In this document: positions 56,931-64,000 of the stretch, in pieces | How the letters are laid out: each line of letters starts with the position of its first letter | Numbering within the stretch: position 1 is the stretch's first letter | From: Tubulanus polymorphus | Lineage: Eukaryota > Animalia > Nemertea | Assembly (NCBI RefSeq): GCF_964204645.1 | Contig: NC_134030.1 | Coordinates: 11,863,947 to 11,927,946 of the forward strand | DNA: 64,000 bases | Reading direction: 5' to 3' | Notes under the pieces: generated by a model | The model's input: only the letters and a program-made list of their open reading frames with translations | What the model was told of the DNA's origin: nothing | Database searches by the model: none | Program-made: the position numbers and the translations under genes

Positions 56931-59900
56931 TGAGCGTATTATTATGAAATCTTTTTTTAAACCACCATGTACCACGAAGTAATAAGCATCGTTGTAAGCA
57001 CTTGAAACAGCCATTAACCACTTGAAACTGTCAGATCAAACATCATACCGCATCCCCGCAAAGAGGGGTGGTTCAGCAAACCGGAGTTTTCATTAGCCTC
57101 TCTAGACTACCCCGCCAGTACGGGTAGCCGAGCAAACCGGAAAACTCATAATGCTAAATTCTTATCTAAATTATCGTCAAATAAATATTCATCCTTCTCA
57201 TTCCATGATCAGGGCTCAGCATCCAAGTAGGCGACTACCTGGCCAGGATTTCGCTTGGGTTCGAACCTAGTTCTCCCCAACATCTACCGTTCTCTACGTA
57301 TGACACTCTGTCATGACTACCCCCGGATGAAGGCCATCAGTCAATAAAGGACTGAGGGTTCGGATCCTCGATCGATGGTCTCCATCTAACTACTGCTGAC
57401 ACGTCCCTGATCGAACTGGTCCTCTCATAAAGACGAATAATAATAGATTGGCACTGAGGTGAAAAATAGCGGCGAAACTCCTCTCCTCGTTCAGAAAAGA
57501 CGAAGATATAAGACTTATATAAATCGTCATAAGATAAGAGCCCGTGGACTCTCAAATTTAATGTAACTAAGTCAATAAAATTAACAGCATATCTCTAAAT
57601 TCTCTAAGCTCGCGGCGCGTCTCGAAAAAGTCTCGCGTCAAAAATGCATCGTACGTAAGTTAAGGCGAATAAATAATTGCTTCCTTCGGGTTGGACAAGA
57701 TGATCATATCCAACCCGAAGGCGAGATAGGAAGGATCAATCTCTTACATCTTATATATAATTTATGTTCTCGACAGCAAAGTCAATAGTAAAGTCGGAAT
57801 TCTGCGTGTGACCCGTGATCATACCAAAGATCGGAATGTCCGACACGCTCGAACGACCCGCCTTTTATAGGAATCCGAGTGCGCTCATTGGCCAGTAGTG
57901 ATATCACTACGCGCGAAGTAGGCCAAGAGCGCGCACTAAATAGTACGCGAATAAAATAGTTTACAGGAAGATTAATGCTCCCAGAAATTAAATATAGTCA
58001 ATACACGCGCTAAAAATACCAAAAGAATACATTAAAGAAGATAAAAACGAAATTCGAATATCAAACCCGAGTTTGATGTACGCGCGCAAGAATAGTGAGC
58101 CGCCTAGCGGTGCGACAAAGCTCAACTCGCCGAGCGAGGAACCGAAGAAAACAAATCAAACTATGTAAATATGATGAAAATAGGATTATGACATTACCAA
58201 ATGGCAGTTCTAAAGTAAAAAACGATATCAAAAGAATAGACTACAGGTAAGTAACTTGAATGTTATTGCGCGAATTTACGATAAAAGCCAAATAAAAAGA
58301 TGTGATCGTGCTATTTCCCGACAGAAATCGATCAAAACCCCAACCCGAACGCGAATAGACCGTAACGAGACGCCCGAAAAACTTAACAGTGTCCAAATTT
58401 TCAGACTACAAATTCAAACCATCGAAAACAGATACATATATATATATATACAAATAAAATCGCCCCACCAGGAGATATCGGAGGAAAGGATGAGGTGCTG
58501 AAACAAAAATGAATCAGAGGTGTTAAACAGAAACAGGGTCCATTTTCGCCGCATAAGTAAGTAGCGACCGGCATAGGTAGCTATATCCATAAAAAATTCA
58601 AATAGCTCCAATCTTACTGAAAGAAAGCTTGTTGGAATAGGGAGGGCTCAAATACGATATGCTTTTTAAATTTTTGAATTATCTTCATCAGTTTTTGAGA
58701 TATCGCAAATTGAAGTTTGAAAATTTGAGCGAAAAGTATCTTCATGTTTCAATACACAAAAACTGTGATCTAAGAAGGCAATATTTCATGTAAACAAACT
58801 TCAATATCTCTTAAACTAAAAGAGATAGACAAGAAATTTAAAGAGCAATACACTCATAGCACTTTCAGGTGACAGTTGAAAGACCCAAAATTTTTATCTG
58901 ATTCCAAATGCCTATGGTTTCCATGGAAACCAGCCGAAAAATGGTAAAATAATGAAAATATCGATGTTAGATCAAAAGTTATGATGTAGAAAGGGGATAG
59001 AATAACTAGTTATCAATAGTTTATGTTTGCCCTAAAGTTTATCTAGGAATATCTATTATTATATAGATTATTATTATTAGGTTTCCATGGTAATGGCAAG
59101 AAAAAATGTGAAATATTGAGAAATATTGATATGATTTCAGATGAAATTATTTTTTTCACTACATAATTTTTGAAATGAATAAACATGATTATCAAGGCCT
59201 GTCAGTTAGGTCTATAACCATAGGCTCCTATTGCAAATTGATTTAAATATACCAATTCTATATATTATTTGCTAAATGAATTTTAGTTAAGAAAAGCAGA
59301 AAATTAGGCTTGGCCTCAAAACGCTGAAATTTGAAATATATTCATGATATCATAATAAAATCAATCAGTTTAGAAACACAAACCAAGCAATAGTAATAAT
59401 ACTACTAATAATAACTAAATTATAATCCATTTGTTTTGTTTTGAGCTAAATTTCAACAATATTTTATATATATTTAAATTTTGCTGCTTTTGGAAAATCC
59501 CCTCGGGAGCCTCACTGTCCCATCACGCGCCTCTATTTTTGCCCGTCACAAGCCTCAATTCATCCCATTAGACGCCTCCCTCTTTCAACAGCCGCTTTAC
59601 CGACGGGAGCGTAGTGGCGATCCGCGCGCGCAAAAAAAATGCCGATCATTTCGCTAAATCTGTCCTAATATTCAGAAATATAGTGATGAATAATTATGAA
59701 TCGGAAAATAAATACAATAATTCACCGCTAGACCGATGAATAATTGTTGAATATTGATCTCATCACGAGCAGCGCGGCGCGTCGTCATTCAATAACAAGT
59801 GCCGGCCGCCATTTTGTATCGCTTCAACGCAAAACTTAGACATCGACTTTTCCGGCAACGATCGCTCGGCCCCGACACGAAATAAAATCATGCAGTCTTC

Positions 59901-60596
59901 AGTATTTGAATTTTAAGATCCTAAACCTTCCGATTCCTGATGATTCGTCGCTTATTCCGGGTCCTAAGCTGACGAAATTTGCTCTTGAAAAAGGGTATAT
60001 TTCGATTTCTATTTTCTTCGACTAAAATGCAGATTTATACACTAAACCAACCCCCAAGTGATAAAGATCGATCTTATTGGTTGATTCCAAAAGATTTTAG
60101 CTCATTTGCATTGATAGACCGGTTTTATGAATGATTTTACTACGCGATGTCAAAACGCGTAGTAAAAACGCGCATCACACTTTTCCTAATCAATAATGGT
60201 CGTCACAATCGATAGTGGCGCCCCGCGCGGACATGAACATACCTAGCATAGGTTTTTTCAAATTGCTCAAACCCGTGGCAAGTTGCCCCTTGGTTAGGCA
60301 TGTCAAGACAATTTTCAAATTTGCCGTATTTAACAGGTAATACACTCGTTTAAAGGGGTTCTTCATTTGAAACAATATCCTTTTTCAATTTTGAAATTAT
60401 TGCTAACAGTTATTTGAGATCGCGTTTTGAAATTTGTTGACACTACTGGTTTTTCTCTTCATATTTAATGTTCAGAAAGTGTTACAACAATAGGTCACGA
60501 CAATGTATGCTGGTGTGTGCATGCTGCAGTGTGAAAACAAAGTGTTTTTGATACATATTAAGGCCAAATAAAAAAAATTAGTTGTTTATCGTCCTT

Positions 60597-61865
60597 TTTT
60601 AGCCCACTTTGGACTTTAGTCCCAGCGGGCTATTGCGTTCACTTTTCGTCTGTCGTCCGTCCGTTCGTCCGTCCGTAGACGGAATCCAGTTATTTTGGGA
60701 AGTTTTGAAGACGCTTCAAGGTAATGTCTTGATATTTGGATTACACATGTATCTACCCTAGACACATCTTCAGCCCAAAAACTGGCCCTGTCAGAATCAA
60801 GATGTCTGACTGGCTGCCATTGTTTTTCGCCAAAATCAGCACTTTTTACACATTTTTGAACTTTTTGAGGGAAATTTTGAAGACACTTTGATCAATTACC
60901 TTGATCTTTCGGATATATGTGAATTCCCCCAGGGCCCATCAGCATAACAAAAATTGGGTCGATAGGACTCAAGATGGCCGTCCTATGACCTTTTTAGTGC
61001 CCAAAAAGGTTAATTTTGGCCCAAATTCTGAGTCCTGTAGCTTCCTACTGCTTTATCATTTCTCATTGCAATTTGTGATGGGTATTCTTTGGAAAGGGAT
61101 GTTTTATACCTGAGACAGGTATTTTTCATCAGCCAATTATGACGCAATTGGCGGCCATCTTGGTGTCAGCAGTACTCATTCGTAAGTGGGAAAAAGTTTT
61201 TCCACATTATATTGATACCTAAGCGTATTTTGTTACCACAATCATTTAGAAAGTTGTAGCTCATAACATGTTCTATGATTGTGGTGAGTTTCGAGGTCAT
61301 TGGTTTTTGTATATGGCCACCAGGGGGCGTTGAATAATGCAATATCTTAGTATTTCTATATTATATTCGTATCAATGCATATTTTGTATCCACAATCAAT
61401 TGCAAAGTTGTAGCTCATGACATCATCTATGATTGTGGCAAGTTTTAAGGCCATTAGTTATTCTATATGGTCACCAGGGGGCGTTGAATAGTAGAATAAC
61501 TTAGTATTTCCTTATTATATTGGTACCTAGGCATATTTTGTTACCATGATCAATTACAAAGTTATAGTTCGTGACATGTTCTATGATTGTGGTGAGTTTC
61601 AAGGTCATTGGGTTTTGAATATGGTCACCAGGGGGCGTTGAATAGTAGAATAACTTAGTATTTCCATATTATTGTGGTAACGAGGTATATTTTGTTATCA
61701 CAATCAATTACAAAATCATAGCTGCTGACATGTTCTATGATTGTTGTGAGTTTCAAGGTCATTGGATTCTGTATATGGTCACCAGGCGTTGAATATTGAA
61801 ATTGTTAGATTGTTGAGCATTTGGAACCACTTCGCAAGTGGGCATGATGTCCCTGGACCCCTAGT
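60597..61865 (-). mobile_element. Full-length HINE-type copy in inverted orientation, inserted in a T-run
   Basis: TTTTAGCCCACTTTGGACTTTAGTCCCAGCGGGCT hairpin end, (GTCC)n, four units of about 154 bp, ends CCCCTAGT|TT. Confidence 0.85.
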
Positions 61866-61872
61866 TTCAAAA

Positions 61873-62271
61873 GGAAGTGGCTACTCGTACGGACCCGTAC
61901 GAATAATTCCGTAGGCTATTCGTACGCACCCGTCGGATGACTCCGGAATTATGTGTACGGTAAGGGATAGGGTTAGGGTAAGGTGAGGCTATATGTAGTT
62001 AAAACATTCGACCGACTGTCAGTGAGCTCGGTGGTCTAGTGGTATGATGCTGCGCTAGTAATTTACTGGCCCGGGTTCGAGTCTCGCTCTATCTGCTATT
62101 TTTCTCTAACTCTATTCTCCACACTTTCCTTGAATTTTCTAAGTCGTGCACCTCTGTACGCATGCTCGGTGTTAATCGGCCAATCAGCAACAGTTATTAG
62201 CGTACAGATCCTAGTCCTGTACGAATAGCCTCCAGAGTAATCCGTACAGGTCCGTACGAGTAGCCACAGCG
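61873..62271. mobile_element. About 400-bp MITE with about 50-bp TIRs, a telomere-like tract and a tRNA-derived segment
   Basis: GTGGCTACTCGTACGGACC...AGGCTATTCGTAC is mirrored at about 62218-62267; TTTCAAAA flanks both sides; TAGGGTTAGGGTAAGG tract at about 61960-61990. Confidence 0.7.
62025..62090 (+). pseudogene. tRNA-derived (tRNA-Pro-like) segment or SINE head
   Basis: A-box TGGTCTAGTGG and B-box GGTTCGAGTC; the 5' part GCTCGGTGGTCTAGTGGTATGAT resembles tRNA-Pro; anticodon and acceptor stems are degenerate. Confidence 0.55.
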
Positions 62272-63321
62272 TTTTCAAAAAGCTTGGGTAGGGCGGGAGG
62301 TTTATTTTTCATTTCAGATCGAGTGTTGTAAATGATATACGATTGATAAAGTAAAGCAGGTTTTCCATCGAAACATTTTTTATTTTAACTCTTCATACGC
62401 ATAAAAATACGCCACAATGCTACGACGGCCACAATGCTACGACGTACCGTTTTCGTCGTTCAATAGCGGTTCGGAACCGTCATGTGTCCCGGCGCTGAAT
62501 TCCGCATAAAAGTCTGCAATGCTAACATCGGCCTCTACGTTGCAAGAGAACCATTCACTTAGAAGACTCGAAGACCCGTCACGAGCGATTGAAGCTATCA
62601 CAAGCGGCATTGTTCAATTTGCACAACAGGCACGCGACTGGAAGTGTGGCGCCACAAGCAATACAAATACAATTCAATTCATAGAACTTTATTAACTTAG
62701 ATTTTAAAATCGATCTAAATACGCTCCACGACCGGAAATCCACGCTGTGAACGCTCCATAACCGAATATTGACTTCAATTTGTTATTCAGTGAACGCACT
62801 TCGTCGATAAATCATTTGGTTTGCTGCTATACTGTCCTACAATTGACATGAAACGGTAGCTATGGCAAATATTTTCAATTGGAACCAAAATAGAACACAA
62901 TAAAAAAAAATGGATTGGGTATTTTTCGTAGGGTCGGGTGGGGACGATAAACAACTAATTTTTTTTATTTGGCCTAATGATGATAACTTTCATAAGGAAG
63001 TTATTTTAAGAATTTAAAAAACTTTTCGGAAAAATTGTTCTGTGGCCTTTATTGGTATGTAATGACTTACATATGACGAGTATCCGTGTATTCATGTGTA
63101 TGTCTTCCCATATAGTTTACACTATTCAATCCAGAATTTATTTGGCTATTCGATTTAGGCCTACTTGTAAACAAATTGTATTTGATTTATCATATCAATT
63201 ATTAATATAATACTAATATGAATATTAATATTTGTAAAAATGTTGCCATAGCAACTACTAAATAGAATATTACTAAAAATGTCATATCGACGTCATTCAG
63301 CATTTATTACTATTCGACTTA

Positions 63322-63858
63322 TGGTCTATGATCGTGGTGAGTTTCAAGGTCATTGGTTTTTGCATATGGCCACCAGAGGGCGTTTAACAATCATTGGAAA
63401 GTTGTAGCTCATGACATGGTCTATGTTTGTGGTGAGTTTCAAGGACATTAGTTATTCTATATGGTCCATAGAGGGCGTTGAATAGTAGAATAACTTAATA
63501 TTTCCTTATTGTATTGGTACCTCGGCACATTTTCTTACCATGATCAATTGCAAAGTTGTAGCTCATGACATGTTCCATGATTATGTTGAGTTTCAAGGTC
63601 ATAGGCTTCGCTTATGGTCACCAGGGAGCGTTGAATAGTAAAATTACTTAGTATTTCCATATATTGGTAACTAGGCATATTTTGTTACCACAATCAATTA
63701 AAAATTGTAGCTTCTGACATGTTCTATGAGTGTGGTGAGTTTCAAGGTCATTGGATTTTTCAAGGTCATTGGATGGGGGCGTTGAATATTGAAATTGTTA
63801 GATTGTTGAACATTTTAAACCACTTCCCAAGTGGGCATGGTATCCCTGGACCCCTAGT
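63322..63858 (-). mobile_element. Partial HINE-type copy in inverted orientation
   Basis: Tandem units of about 153 bp ending CCACTTCCCAAGTGGGCATGG...CCCCTAGT. Confidence 0.8.
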
Positions 63859-64000
63859 TTAGATACATATAGCATTTTTTGGAGCATAGATGTCATTGAA
63901 AAATTCAATTAGGCCTATGTATGACTGATAGTGATATAGTGTGGCAGCACTTAAAAACATGATGTGAAATCTATTTCCAACAAACCTGGTGAAGAGAATA

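Larger units (their letters stand above)
60562..62974. mobile_element. TIR element with a TAA TSD (PIF/Harbinger-like) hosting nested insertions
   Basis: 33-bp TIR GGCCAAATAAAAAAAATTAGTTGTTTATCGTCC and its reverse complement ending at 62974; TAA at 60559-60561 and 62975-62977. Confidence 0.8.

Noticed and set aside
62025-62090. Functional tRNA gene
   Set aside because: Acceptor and anticodon stems do not pair and it sits inside a MITE; kept only as tRNA-derived.

Overview
AT-rich animal genomic DNA with short GT-AG introns, probably from a marine invertebrate; the species cannot be determined from the sequence. There is one clear host gene: a minus-strand, about 14-exon secreted astacin (M12A) zinc metalloprotease (about 2940-20997) with a signal peptide, an acidic Tyr-rich propeptide, a Cys-rich domain and five ShKT domains. 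The rest is mostly transposable elements: a CR1/L2-group LINE 3' end, two RTEX-like LINE 3' ends, a Penelope-like element with a minimal hammerhead ribozyme and an inverted pLTR, many Helentron-like non-autonomous repeats with about 153-bp internal tandem units, and several MITEs. The main result is an apparently intact 11.76-kb Mutator-like DNA transposon (39528-51289) with 44-bp TIRs and a perfect 9-bp TSD (GTATCAAAC). Its 1915-aa ORF carries an Ulp1/C48-like protease, a GATA finger, a MULE DDE core, SWIM, two C2H2 fingers and a PHD finger. Manual splicing joins that ORF in frame, through ten short GT-AG introns, to upstream exons encoding an SGNH/GDSL hydrolase with all catalytic blocks and a further C2H2-like finger. 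This predicts a single protein of at least 2232 aa combining esterase, SUMO-type protease and transposase. The splice model is inferred by hand and needs transcript confirmation.
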